A stretch of 64,000 nucleotides of DNA, from contig DARI01000013.1 of the NCBI GenBank assembly GCA_002503285.1, forward strand, positions 8,337 to 72,336, read 5' to 3'. A program made the translations under genes and the position numbers. The notes under the pieces were generated by a model. It worked only from the letters and a program-made list of their open reading frames with translations, had not been told where the DNA came from and did not search any database. Source of the DNA: Euryarchaeota archaeon UBA557 (GTDB lineage: Archaea > Thermoplasmatota > Poseidoniia > Poseidoniales > Thalassarchaeaceae). Positions within the stretch are counted from its first letter, which is position 1. Each line of letters starts with the position of its first letter. Positions 28,555 through 38,951 of this stretch are shown here, in pieces.

Positions 28555-31500
28555 TTAATTCTTGTTCTTTTCCCACCACATGTGACCATATGCATTCCAT
28601 TGTTCCATAGTCCAGCCATCAGGTAATCCAGTAAGTGGAAGAGGGGGCCCTCCAGGTGAAGAGTGTTTCAAACTTGGCAGCGACGAAGATAAGGCTGCAT
28701 TTATTTCGTCTTGAGAAACTGTGCCTGACAATGCTTCTCCTGATAATGATGTGTCCAGTGCTGAATTTCTTCTTTCAGAAATATTTCCTGATGACAATGC
28801 AGAACCTGCAGGGATTAATTCTTCATCAGAATTAATGGAAGTAGATTTTCTCATATTAAATCCAACGAAACCCAAGGACATTAAAATCAAAATAAATATT
28901 ATTGGGATAACCCATGATGGCAGGCCTGCATCTTCCATGAACTCTGAAAGCCCTCCATTTCCTGTTTCTCTCGCCATACTTACCTTGAGTAATAATGAAG
29001 AATCTGTTATTGACATTGATTCTGAAGAAGAGTTTGCAAATAGTGTAAATTGTTTAAGTCCAATTGAAGATTTACTTACAGGAGATGCCCCTGCCGATAG
29101 ACTAACTTCCCCTCCGGGAGAAATTTGATTAATTTGTGTTTTATCCAATGATATTTCCCATCCTTCTAATTGATTAAACTCGATATTGACATTAGTCATT
29201 ATATTACCATTATTTTTTAGAATGATATCAAAAAATGAGTCCGAATTAATTCCTATATCTTCAATTTGTATTATTGGAGATTCCAAAGTTATCCAAATTG
29301 ATGGTAAAACTGAAATTGATATTTCCACAGTATAAGTTGCTATTTCTCCGTTAGGCGTGGTAGCTTGAATAATCACAGGAACTTTATCGGATAATTTACC
29401 TTTTTCTAAATTTGGAGGTAAAGTTATACTTATTTGTACTACTGCTTCTCGGTTCATATCCATAGTAAAATAATTACCTGATAAAAATCCAACTTCCCAA
29501 GAATTAGGAACTGTCCCTATACTTATCGTAATATCTAAAGGTACATTTCCAGTATTTTTAATTTCAATCTCCGATATTCCATCCGTGCCCAAGGCTATGT
29601 CTAAATCATATGATTCAGCCAGATCTAATGCCGCTATTTCCTTCACGATTAATTTTGTGCCGCTTCTTTCCAATATCCCTTCATCAGACGTAGTTTTTAT
29701 AGAAATTGTATTCATATCTCCCTTTTGAGAAGATAAGGGAATAATAGTTTTTATTATTATACTAGAATATTCATTGGGGGCCAGTACAATAGAAACTGAA
29801 TTAGTGAGCCCAATGGGAATTGATTCAGAACTTTCATAAACTTGTAAAGGCCAAGTATTTACTGATGATAAAACTTGAATTTCGAAACTAATTTCAATAT
29901 TTCCTAAATTTGATATAACCAAATTTGTAGAAATAGTATCTCCATTTGTAACTGCCCTCGGTTCGGCAATTTCAACAGTTTCAAATTTATTACCTTCATC
30001 ATCAGATAAATATGTAGAAAACAGTTTACTTTCCAAAACTGTTATCATTGCCCATTCACTAGTGTACATTGAAGAATCTGATATTGAAGTAGTAGTGCAC
30101 ATTATTTCTTCAGTAACTCCCGCTAATGGCTGATAGTCTAATGATTTAGGCACTTTCACCCTTATTGGAAGAGGGAGAAATTGCAATCTATTTAATGGAT
30201 CAAGTACTAGTTCGGAAGATTCAGTATTTCCGATATGAATTAACCATCTATTTGCTGTTTCACAACTTACCTCATATTGAGTAGGGCCGTTACCAATATT
30301 TCTTATTGATAAAGAAAATAATCCAAATTCACCAGGCTTCGCAGATAAATCAGTTTCTCCTGCCACTACTGTAAATAATCCTTCAACTGTATCCACTATA
30401 GTTGTAAGTCTTATTGAGTGAGAAATAGTAGGTGCATTCTTATCAAATAGTGTCAAATCAGTAACATAATCGCCTGGCAATGAATATCTTGCCAATGCGT
30501 TATCAGTAATATCTGCATCTCTATTTGATAAGTTTAGAGATAATGTGTATTTATCTCCTTCTTGACCTGATGGGTTTAGAATCCAGGGGCCTGACTCATT
30601 CAAAATTTTCCACCATTCATCTTCTGGTTGATTTAATATTCCTTGTTCACTTATTATCTGTAATGGTGAAATAGATAAATCAACAGTTATTTGAGACGTT
30701 CCTTCATTTTTAATTTGCAATTTAAAAACTATTGAAGTATCTTCCCTAGGATCTAAATTTCTCGTTTTTGCATTATTTAATTCCTCGAGGTTATTTGGAA
30801 TTGTGCCGTTTTCAAATAAAGGTATGATTCTTACTCCTATTTGAGAAACATTAAATGAGTAATTAAAAATATTATTATTTACACCTTCTAATTCATCATT
30901 AAATTCAGATACCTCAGATAAAGAATCAAGTCTTAACTGAATTACATGTTCGCCGGTTGTATCAAAGGAATGAGTAAATGACAAAGAGGCAATTTGACCT
31001 CCTTCAAGAGACGCCATTTGTGATGATTTAATTAAGTCATTAGTAGTCAAATCATGGATTGATATTGAATAGTCGCCCGTAGGAAGAGAAGCCCTATTGG
31101 ACCATTTGGCATTTATTGATAGAATATCGCCCTGAAGTGGAGTAGATGTAAATGAGGATATAGAATCTGGAATTATAGATAGATCGGAACCGAATGTTTC
31201 TTCAATAATTCCAGATACTACAAGGGAATATTGTTGAATATTGCCTTTGGAATTTCCAATTTCAAGAGACCATATTCCTTCTTCAGCTGAATCTAATTTT
31301 ATTCTTTCTACATTATTTACATTGTCTGATATGCCGCCTGATGTACTATATCCAGAAATAAAATTATTACCATTATAAATAACTCCACTAGGAGATGTGA
31401 TTCTTAAATCTAGATTATTAACTAATTTACTAATACTTTGATCACTAGTTACGGAACCCTCTCTGTCATTCCAAACTAGAGTTGCATCTAGAGAAGAACC

Positions 31501-33363
31501 TGAAGTAACTTGTAATGTATACAAAAAACTATGACCTGGAGACAATGAACGAGAGTAATCAAATATAGTATCAGAATCAAAATCACCAGATTTAGGATAG
31601 AGACTTTGGCTCAAATTTAGTTGCCCCCAACCTTCAGAAGGGTTTGGAATATTCGATAATCCTAAATCTGTAGCTCCATTTATTAAAATAGCTTTAATCA
31701 AATCTGACCTTGGTTCTGAAATATTAACCTCTTCTCTCAGATATTGCCTGGTCATTGCAGCGGCCCCTGCAACTACTGAGGTTGACATTGAAGATCCATT
31801 TAATGTCATATATAGCGGAGTAATTTGATCGTTGTGAGTTGCAGTAGAACATGATTCTCCAATTGTGAAAGATGCCTCTGCCGCTCTTGCAGAACATATC
31901 ATTACTCCAGGGGCGACTAAATCAGGTTTTATTCGTCCATCTAAAGTGTAACCAGTTGATGAAAAATTATAGACACTACCTGAATCTATACTTGAATATG
32001 CACCGGTAGTTGAAGCGCCAACGGTCAAAACATTTTTTGCAGTCCCGGGAGAGCTGATTCCGGAAGACCCTTCGTCACCGGCGGAAAATAATACTAGGAA
32101 TTTAGGTTGATCTTTGACATAAGAGTCTGCTGAATGTGAGTCTGAGGTATATTCTCCTAGAAGGTTACTAGAGCCCCAACTATTAGTTTGAATTTTCGCA
32201 TCCTTATCCCAGGCGTGTGCGAACATTGAGTAGAGAGAATCCCACCGTGCGAAAATCCCTGAGCTATCCACTTCTAATTGATAAAATATAAATGTTGATT
32301 CCGGTACTACTCCAGTAGTTTTAGAATCACCTGAACCATCTCCCAATAAAGTTGCAGTGACATGCGTTCCATGTCCACTATTAGCATCATCACCGGAATT
32401 GTCGGGGCCGAAATCATTGTAAACAGGATTTCTAAGTCTAGTGCCAAAATCTCCATGATCAGCGTCAAGTCCCGTATCGGAGATTGCTATAACCTCACCT
32501 TCTCCATTCAAAGATCCGCCCGAAAGAGATAGTGCTTCATCTATATTGGATAATATCCTAGCATTGTTATTATGTATTTTTAATGATGAAGAAGGTTCAA
32601 TTTTGAGAATTCTCCCATCCATTGCAAGTATAGGAATTAATGAAGGATTTATACTAGATAATTTACATAATGAAAAATCACATACATCTCTATCTATAAA
32701 ATCATTGGAAACCAAAGAAAGATCAATATTTAATAACTCCAATTCTTCAGGGTTTAGATCGGGAGTAGTCATTATCTGTAAATCGATATTTCCTTCTAAA
32801 GATCCAATAAGCGGAATTAAGTCCTTTGATACTTTCCATGCTATAGGAAATTCACCAATCCATTTTACACTCGAGATTTTTTTAATCTCCTCAAACATCT
32901 CAATTTTATCATCCCCTAATATCCTGATTAAATATGCATCATCCGGAATTATGTCTATAATATTGACATCTTGTTCACCTTCTAGATACTTTGTTAATGG
33001 GATCAAATTTGAACTATTTGATTGTACTATTGCCATCCCACTTCTCAAAAATGAAAAGGGGTCAAATAAGTTTTCAGGCCCTAATGGAATGAAATCTACT
33101 TCTGGGTAGAATGAACCAAATGGAGAATGTATGATTCCTGAGCTTTCAGTTATATCATAAGAAGAATAAACTGCATGTTCGAACTCTGACCATACTTTTA
33201 CAGTTTGTAATTCCTCATTTTCATATTCGATATCATCAACATTTATTATAGTTGCCTGAGATATAAATGAAAGAGGAGTGAACATAAAAATAACGATGAT
33301 GGAAACGGTTACCTTCGTATTCACGTGGTAACCGACTATTGTTTTGCTTTTGACTATTAACAT
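28555..33363 (-). CDS. Giant membrane-anchored subtilisin-like (S8) serine protease with many Ig-like/CARDB-type repeats
   Basis: The product has an N-terminal signal/TM. The catalytic triad context is AISDTGLDADHGDF (Asp), GHGTHVTATL (His) and NGSSMSTSVVAGAAAM (Ser). About 900 aa of beta-rich repeats follow, then a TM (WVIPIIFILILMSLGFVGF) and a Ser/Pro-rich cytoplasmic tail. Confidence 0.85.
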   Translation of the reverse strand: MLIVKSKTIVGYHVNTKVTVSIIVIFMFTPLSFISQATIINVDDIEYENEELQTVKVWSEFEHAVYSSYDITESSGIIHSPFGSFYPEVDFIPLGPENLFDPFSFLRSGMAIVQSNSSNLIPLTKYLEGEQDVNIIDIIPDDAYLIRILGDDKIEMFEEIKKISSVKWIGEFPIAWKVSKDLIPLIGSLEGNIDLQIMTTPDLNPEELELLNIDLSLVSNDFIDRDVCDFSLCKLSSINPSLIPILAMDGRILKIEPSSSLKIHNNNARILSNIDEALSLSGGSLNGEGEVIAISDTGLDADHGDFGTRLRNPVYNDFGPDNSGDDANSGHGTHVTATLLGDGSGDSKTTGVVPESTFIFYQLEVDSSGIFARWDSLYSMFAHAWDKDAKIQTNSWGSSNLLGEYTSDSHSADSYVKDQPKFLVLFSAGDEGSSGISSPGTAKNVLTVGASTTGAYSSIDSGSVYNFSSTGYTLDGRIKPDLVAPGVMICSARAAEASFTIGESCSTATHNDQITPLYMTLNGSSMSTSVVAGAAAMTRQYLREEVNISEPRSDLIKAILINGATDLGLSNIPNPSEGWGQLNLSQSLYPKSGDFDSDTIFDYSRSLSPGHSFLYTLQVTSGSSLDATLVWNDREGSVTSDQSISKLVNNLDLRITSPSGVIYNGNNFISGYSTSGGISDNVNNVERIKLDSAEEGIWSLEIGNSKGNIQQYSLVVSGIIEETFGSDLSIIPDSISSFTSTPLQGDILSINAKWSNRASLPTGDYSISIHDLTTNDLIKSSQMASLEGGQIASLSFTHSFDTTGEHVIQLRLDSLSEVSEFNDELEGVNNNIFNYSFNVSQIGVRIIPLFENGTIPNNLEELNNAKTRNLDPREDTSIVFKLQIKNEGTSQITVDLSISPLQIISEQGILNQPEDEWWKILNESGPWILNPSGQEGDKYTLSLNLSNRDADITDNALARYSLPGDYVTDLTLFDKNAPTISHSIRLTTIVDTVEGLFTVVAGETDLSAKPGEFGLFSLSIRNIGNGPTQYEVSCETANRWLIHIGNTESSELVLDPLNRLQFLPLPIRVKVPKSLDYQPLAGVTEEIMCTTTSISDSSMYTSEWAMITVLESKLFSTYLSDDEGNKFETVEIAEPRAVTNGDTISTNLVISNLGNIEISFEIQVLSSVNTWPLQVYESSESIPIGLTNSVSIVLAPNEYSSIIIKTIIPLSSQKGDMNTISIKTTSDEGILERSGTKLIVKEIAALDLAESYDLDIALGTDGISEIEIKNTGNVPLDITISIGTVPNSWEVGFLSGNYFTMDMNREAVVQISITLPPNLEKGKLSDKVPVIIQATTPNGEIATYTVEISISVLPSIWITLESPIIQIEDIGINSDSFFDIILKNNGNIMTNVNIEFNQLEGWEISLDKTQINQISPGGEVSLSAGASPVSKSSIGLKQFTLFANSSSESMSITDSSLLLKVSMARETGNGGLSEFMEDAGLPSWVIPIIFILILMSLGFVGFNMRKSTSINSDEELIPAGSALSSGNISERRNSALDTSLSGEALSGTVSQDEINAALSSSLPSLKHSSPGGPPLPLTGLPDGWTMEQWNAYGHMWWEKNKN

Positions 33364-33387
33364 CTATTGTACATAATATGATGAGCA

Positions 33388-34488
33388 TCATAAGCCATAA
33401 TATCTAGAAATTGAGGAGTCGGTCATTTCGACAGAAACTTTCCAATCTTTCTCAACTCCCATCATGGACCTTATGCAATCTATATTTTCCGGTATTACGT
33501 CACTTTCTTGGTGTATAGCTTGGAAATAATATAATCTATTTCCTTTTAGCGAAACACCATCTTCCCATATGAATATTTCATGTAGATCTCCCCATTTTCT
33601 ACCCATATCTCTTGCCATTTCCATTACTTCAGCAGTTGAAGTAATTCTATTTTTATTACCATTCATAACTATAACTCTAGGTTGATTTTTCCATAACTTT
33701 ATTATGGATTCTGTGGTAAAATTATGATTAGCTGGTAAATCAACTATTATTGAGTGAACGTGCATTATAGTAGTCGGAACAGCCACAGCAAGACTATTTA
33801 TTTTAATTTCTGGCTTGATAGTCATTAAATCTAATCCATGATGACTAGGGACTTTGAGGACAGGTTTGATGGCATTAATTGGACCTCGCGATGAATCACC
33901 AGGATCTGCGGCACGACGAATCATGGTACATTCAACAGTGAGCTCTCCGCATGCATCATAAAGTGGAACTAATGTCCTTGATAGGCCAGTAGTATTGCAC
34001 GATACAACTCTAGCAGAATTGGCATTAAAAGCTGACTTGTGATTGGCCGAAGAAGAATATGATAGTCCTGTCAAATCATGTTTTTCCCCACCTTGAAAAA
34101 TATATTTTATATTTGCTCTTCGATACATTTCAGCATTAGCAACACCCATTTTCCCAGGTGAACAATCTACCACAATATCTGCTATATTGAGAAGATCTGA
34201 AATACCTCCTATGCAGGCATATCCTTCCTTAGAAAATGATGAAATCTTACTCTCATCATCGCTAGTACAATATATTGGAAAATTTTTATTTACGGCCAAT
34301 TTACAGCCAAAACTTGGACCAGTTTTAGTAATTCCGATTATTTCCATATCATCTTGAGCATCTACAGCGTCTGCGACTCTTTTTCCAATAGTTCCGTAAC
34401 CATTTATTGCAACTTTAATCATACTAATGCACGTCCAATCTATATCGGTGATTCCATGGCAATGACCAAACTCTATCAACATAACCAT
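33388..34488 (-). CDS. gap: Glyceraldehyde-3-phosphate dehydrogenase, archaeal type II
   Basis: MIKVAINGYGTIGKRVADAV gives the Rossmann motif and VVSCNTTGL holds the catalytic Cys. The likely true start is the ATG at 34422, since the longer N-terminus has no counterpart in this family. Confidence 0.9.
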   Translation of the reverse strand: MVMLIEFGHCHGITDIDWTCISMIKVAINGYGTIGKRVADAVDAQDDMEIIGITKTGPSFGCKLAVNKNFPIYCTSDDESKISSFSKEGYACIGGISDLLNIADIVVDCSPGKMGVANAEMYRRANIKYIFQGGEKHDLTGLSYSSSANHKSAFNANSARVVSCNTTGLSRTLVPLYDACGELTVECTMIRRAADPGDSSRGPINAIKPVLKVPSHHGLDLMTIKPEIKINSLAVAVPTTIMHVHSIIVDLPANHNFTTESIIKLWKNQPRVIVMNGNKNRITSTAEVMEMARDMGRKWGDLHEIFIWEDGVSLKGNRLYYFQAIHQESDVIPENIDCIRSMMGVEKDWKVSVEMTDSSISRYYGL

Positions 34489-34531
34489 AGAAAATTAATA
34501 TATCAATAATGGATATCCTTTTTTCTACATT

Positions 34532-36127
34532 GTGTTTGGACCCATACGCAGGCAGCTAAAAATTACTCCAGGAGGAAATCACTATATGCGAAATAATACA
34601 AATAAAAGTATCAAATTAAATAGGCAATTGGATAAATTATTAGTAGAAGCGATGAAAAAAGATTTACTTGTTAAAATTGGATGGGGCAGGGAGCAGGATA
34701 AAAAACCAAGAGATGGTGAAATAGGTGCTATTTCTCTATTGCCAGATAAATCAAAGGTATTACTACTAGGAAATCTTGGGGAATGCGCTGGAGCAATGAA
34801 TAATGGCGGTGTTTTTACACTCCAAGGATCTGCTACATCTATGCTAGGGGCTTTTCAAGAATCCGGAAAAATCATCGTTGAAAGAGATGTAGGTTCGAAG
34901 GCTGGATACAAAATGAAGGGTGGCTCTATAATAATACAGGGATCAGCAGGAATTGAAACAGGAGCAAGTATGCTAGGAGGTACAATAATTGTTAGAGGGC
35001 ATACAGGAGATAGTTTGGGTGCTAATATGCAAGGCGGGATGGCAATAATTCTTGGCTCAACAGGTGCTGATCCAGGAGTAGGCATGAGAGGAGGTAAGTT
35101 AGTCATAGCTGGCAGTTGCCCTCCACCTGGAGAAAGTGTATCAATGAGGTCAATAAATAAGACAGAATTAGAAGAATGTAAAATTTTACTAAAGCCCCTT
35201 GGTTTGACAATTTCAGATGATGCATTAGTACTTGAAACTTTAAAAATATTGACAAATGATAATAGTAAATTAAAATCTTACATAGCAGAAGGATTTGAAA
35301 ATATATCATTGATTCCTGATAATATTGAAAGAATACCAGAACATAATTCTATAGATCCATATACTCTAGTTTTACCAAATAATTTAGAATCAGAAGGGAT
35401 ACTTTTTCCCATTCCATGGCTAGTAAAAAGTGATGATTCGAATAAATGGAAGGGGTTTAATTCAGAAAGGCAGCCGGCATTAGTTACGGATAATCCACGT
35501 AAAATAGATTTTGTAATTATTAACGATGCTAATCTAAGTAATGCTAAAACATTGATAGAAGAGTGCGCAGGTATTTTTATTGATTTAAAAAATCTACCTC
35601 CTATGAATGATGCAGAGTTAGAAGCAATAATTGTTTCACTAAAAAGTAGAATGATAGAAACATCTTTAATTTTTTTAAGAGATGATGTTAATAGAGTTGA
35701 GGAATTATTTAGACTGGTGGTTGAACTAGATCTAGATGGGGCATTTGTGGATTTATCAGTTCCGGGAGGAGGAATAATTGCGGCATCATTGCCGTTAATT
35801 GGATTAGCCGCGAAAACATGGGAATTTAAAAAAAGTAATCGAACTATTATGATAGGAATTGACAAGAATCCAGATGTACAGGATATGTTAATAGCAAATG
35901 CATCGGGATGTAATTTGATAGTTGGACCTTATGGTGGAGATGATGTTGAGGGTGACCTGATGAGTAAAAATATAATGTTAAAAAAATGGATGGTTGAATT
36001 AGGCATAGATGGATTAGAAAAAATTGGAAGAAAGAACCTTAGAGCAAATGACCATAATACGGCTGCCATCTCAGGATTAAGATTAATAGGCTATAATCGG
36101 CCATTACCAATGTGGTTACGAAAATAG
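34532..36127 (+). CDS. GXGXG-motif protein (glutamate synthase domain-3 / FwdC-like beta-helix) with a ~300-aa C-terminal domain of unclear function
   Basis: Residues ~70-200 hold stacked G-x-G-x-G turns (LQGSATSMLGAF, IIQGSAGIETGASMLGGTIIVRGHTGDSLGANMQGGMAIILGSTGADPGVGMRGGKLVIAGS). The start is uncertain (GTG at 34532, ATG at 34586). Confidence 0.65.
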   Translation: MFGPIRRQLKITPGGNHYMRNNTNKSIKLNRQLDKLLVEAMKKDLLVKIGWGREQDKKPRDGEIGAISLLPDKSKVLLLGNLGECAGAMNNGGVFTLQGSATSMLGAFQESGKIIVERDVGSKAGYKMKGGSIIIQGSAGIETGASMLGGTIIVRGHTGDSLGANMQGGMAIILGSTGADPGVGMRGGKLVIAGSCPPPGESVSMRSINKTELEECKILLKPLGLTISDDALVLETLKILTNDNSKLKSYIAEGFENISLIPDNIERIPEHNSIDPYTLVLPNNLESEGILFPIPWLVKSDDSNKWKGFNSERQPALVTDNPRKIDFVIINDANLSNAKTLIEECAGIFIDLKNLPPMNDAELEAIIVSLKSRMIETSLIFLRDDVNRVEELFRLVVELDLDGAFVDLSVPGGGIIAASLPLIGLAAKTWEFKKSNRTIMIGIDKNPDVQDMLIANASGCNLIVGPYGGDDVEGDLMSKNIMLKKWMVELGIDGLEKIGRKNLRANDHNTAAISGLRLIGYNRPLPMWLRK

Positions 36128-36137
36128 ATGTGATAGC

Positions 36138-37892
36138 ATGCCAACGATAACTTTAGAACATGAAACTTTAACTAAAATTCAAAAAAATAATGGAGTTGTA
36201 CATGATTATATAAAATGGGAAAATTGGTTACCTAAATTAGGATGCCCTGTTGAAAATAACGATGAAGAAAAAATTGAAATTGAGGTATTTCCGGATAGAC
36301 CTGATTTGCTAAGTCATGAAACAATGGCCAAGGCCATAAGGTCTTTTTTGAAGTTAAGCAAGGAAAGTCCGGACTTAGAAATATTACCTGGGGAAAATAA
36401 AATTTTTGTTGACAATGATACAATAAATTCTCGTCCAATAATAATGTCTGCAATAGTAAAGGGAGTAGATACTGGTAAGGATTTCGATGAAAAAGAGAAA
36501 TTTATTCAATCTTTGATGGATCATCAAGAGAAACTACATTTAACCCTTGGTAGGAAAAGGAAGTTTGCATCAATTGGGGTCCATGATTTGAAAATGATTA
36601 ATGCACCTTTTAGATACATTACAGTTCCTTCAAGTTTCAAATTTACACCTTTGGGGGGTGAAAAAAATATGAGTATTGATGAGATAATTTTTCAACATCC
36701 GAAAGGCATAGAATATTCTAATTTAGTTGATAATCTCAAATCATACCCTATAATATTAGATTCTAATGATGACGTAATATCATTTCCCCCAATAATAAAT
36801 GGTAAAAAAACTACTGTAACGCAAACCACAAAAGACTTCTTTATTGATGTCACTGGATGGGATTCTAGAGCGTGTGAAACTTGTTTACTATTGATGTGCC
36901 TTAATCTAGGAGAAAGAGGTGGTAAAATAGAGAGTTTAGAAATTACTTATCCCAATGATTCAATCATAGTTACTCCAGTGGGAGAATCAGTTGAACATAA
37001 AGTACCAGATAAATTAATTAAAAAAATACTTGGCTTTGACCTAACTAATAAAGAAATTTCTGAATCAATAGATAAAATGGGGGGCGAATTAAGTGATTCA
37101 AGGACCGTAACTAATGGAGTCAATAGTTCGGAAAGATGGTCAGATTGTTTAGTTGGTGATAAAGAGCACATAATATCCATGCCAAGATGGAGGAGTGACA
37201 TTATGCACCCGATAGATATTGTTGAAGATATAGCAATTGGAATAGGTTATGATAATTTGAAAGATGATTTTTCATCAATACACTTAGATGCCATTCCCCT
37301 AGAATCCGCACAAAGAAATAGACGAATAAGAGAAAGTTTACGTTCACTTGGCCTTCAAGAAACACAGAGTTTGACACTATCTAACGAACGCGATCAATTT
37401 GATAAGATAAGGAAAGATAAAACAGGAATTATTACTACTATATCAAATCCCATAAGTAAAGATCACACCATTCTTAGACAATACATTCTCCCTTCATTGA
37501 TGCAATTATTAGCTTCCAACAGACATCAAGAACTACCACAAAGAATTTATGAATTAGGATTTGTAGTATCGGATCTAAAGAATCAGCATAGTTTTTCTTG
37601 GGCATGTGCAGAAGTAGGGGGTGGGTTTACTGCAGCAAAGGGATTTACTCAAGCATTATTGAGAGATTTAGGCATACTAAATACTGAAGTAATATTTGAA
37701 GCAACATCTGAAGATAATGGACCATGGCTACTTGGAAGGGGTGCAAAGGTAATTATACGAGGAATTGAAATCGGTCAGTTTGGAGAAATAGACCCAAAAG
37801 TTAGCATTAATTTCGGATTAAGGTCTCCAATACATGCTGGCGAATTTGACATTGAAAAAATTAAAGAAGTCTCAGTTGACTCACTTATCTAA
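36138..37892 (+). CDS. pheT: Phenylalanine--tRNA ligase beta subunit (archaeal type)
   Basis: MPTITLEHETL...LGCPVE...IEIEVFPDRPDLLSHETMAKAIRSFL is the archaeal PheT N-terminal pattern. The 584-aa product has B3/4-, B5- and catalytic-like regions in order. Confidence 0.85.
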   Translation: MPTITLEHETLTKIQKNNGVVHDYIKWENWLPKLGCPVENNDEEKIEIEVFPDRPDLLSHETMAKAIRSFLKLSKESPDLEILPGENKIFVDNDTINSRPIIMSAIVKGVDTGKDFDEKEKFIQSLMDHQEKLHLTLGRKRKFASIGVHDLKMINAPFRYITVPSSFKFTPLGGEKNMSIDEIIFQHPKGIEYSNLVDNLKSYPIILDSNDDVISFPPIINGKKTTVTQTTKDFFIDVTGWDSRACETCLLLMCLNLGERGGKIESLEITYPNDSIIVTPVGESVEHKVPDKLIKKILGFDLTNKEISESIDKMGGELSDSRTVTNGVNSSERWSDCLVGDKEHIISMPRWRSDIMHPIDIVEDIAIGIGYDNLKDDFSSIHLDAIPLESAQRNRRIRESLRSLGLQETQSLTLSNERDQFDKIRKDKTGIITTISNPISKDHTILRQYILPSLMQLLASNRHQELPQRIYELGFVVSDLKNQHSFSWACAEVGGGFTAAKGFTQALLRDLGILNTEVIFEATSEDNGPWLLGRGAKVIIRGIEIGQFGEIDPKVSINFGLRSPIHAGEFDIEKIKEVSVDSLI

Positions 37893-38078
37893 TATATCTT
37901 CATCAAATAACTTCATAGCATCCAAAAATTTTTTATTATCTAAATGTGATTTCCCTTCTCCTTTTTTTGAATCTTTGGCAATAACTTTTCTCTCATATTC
38001 TACAATGTTTTCTGTAAATTTTGAACTTTTCAACCGAGACGAAGATTTTTTTTTCTTAAATGGCCATATTGGAGTCAC
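37881..38078 (-). CDS. Possible small lysine-rich protein
   Basis: This 65-aa ORF fills the otherwise empty 277-nt gap between pheT and rnhB. No motif was recognised. Confidence 0.3.
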   Translation of the reverse strand: MTPIWPFKKKKSSSRLKSSKFTENIVEYERKVIAKDSKKGEGKSHLDNKKFLDAMKLFDEDILDK

Positions 38079-38159
38079 GATACTTCATGAAGTAAATAGC
38101 AAATTAAGATTTCCCAATAATTATCAATAAAGACCATAAAACAATAATTTCTAGACGGC

Positions 38160-38909
38160 TTGATTACTATGTCGAATAGTGTAATTGGCATTGATGAAGC
38201 AGGAAGAGGACCAGTAATAGGTCCGATGGTGGTGTGTGCAATAAAACTTCCAAAAACTGATTATAAAATATTAAAAAAAATTGGTGTTGATGACTCAAAA
38301 AAACTTAGTAAGATTAAAAGAAAAAAAATTTATCAATTAATATTAAAAGAGTCCGAAATAAATAATTGGGAGATATTTGTCAATATATGTAAAGCATCAG
38401 ATATTGACATTGGAAGGAAAAAAATGAATATAAATGAATTAGAAATTAACTTATTTTCGGAATCTATACTGCAAGTAAGTACTGCTTATGATAATGATGA
38501 AATCTTTTTAGATGCATGTGACGTAAATGAAGATAGGTTTGGAGTATCCGTAAGAAATAAATTAGGAAGTTTGTGGAGAGATAATATAATCATATCAAAA
38601 CATAAAATGGATCAAAGAAATTTAGCAGTAGGCGCTGCAAGTATTATTGCTAAAGTAGTAAGGGATGAAGAAATATTAAGAATTGGGAATAAACTAGATT
38701 TTCAAATTGGTTCAGGATATCCTTCCGACCCTATTACTATCATAGCAGTTAAAAAAATGATTACATCAGAATATCCTCACGATGAATTAAGATGGAGTTG
38801 GGCTACAACAAAAAATGCTTGGATGAAATATCATAATAAGGCGATTCCGATTAGAGATGAAATAAATCATTTATCATGGAAAAAATCTTTCAGGAACGAG
38901 ATAGAATAA
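38160..38909 (+). CDS. rnhB: Ribonuclease HII
   Basis: The active-site motif is IGIDEAGRGPVIGPMVVCA, with later DSKKL and GSGYPSD. The likely start is the ATG at 38169 (MSNSVIG...). Confidence 0.9.
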   Translation: MITMSNSVIGIDEAGRGPVIGPMVVCAIKLPKTDYKILKKIGVDDSKKLSKIKRKKIYQLILKESEINNWEIFVNICKASDIDIGRKKMNINELEINLFSESILQVSTAYDNDEIFLDACDVNEDRFGVSVRNKLGSLWRDNIIISKHKMDQRNLAVGAASIIAKVVRDEEILRIGNKLDFQIGSGYPSDPITIIAVKKMITSEYPHDELRWSWATTKNAWMKYHNKAIPIRDEINHLSWKKSFRNEIE

Positions 38910-38951
38910 GAATGGTGAAATGCATAATATCGATAGGAGTGAGATACTGAC

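Noticed and set aside
37834-38130. Plus-strand 98-aa ORF overlapping the 3' end of pheT
   Set aside because: It starts inside pheT in another frame and has a low-complexity product. The gap is better explained by the minus-strand small ORF or by non-coding DNA.
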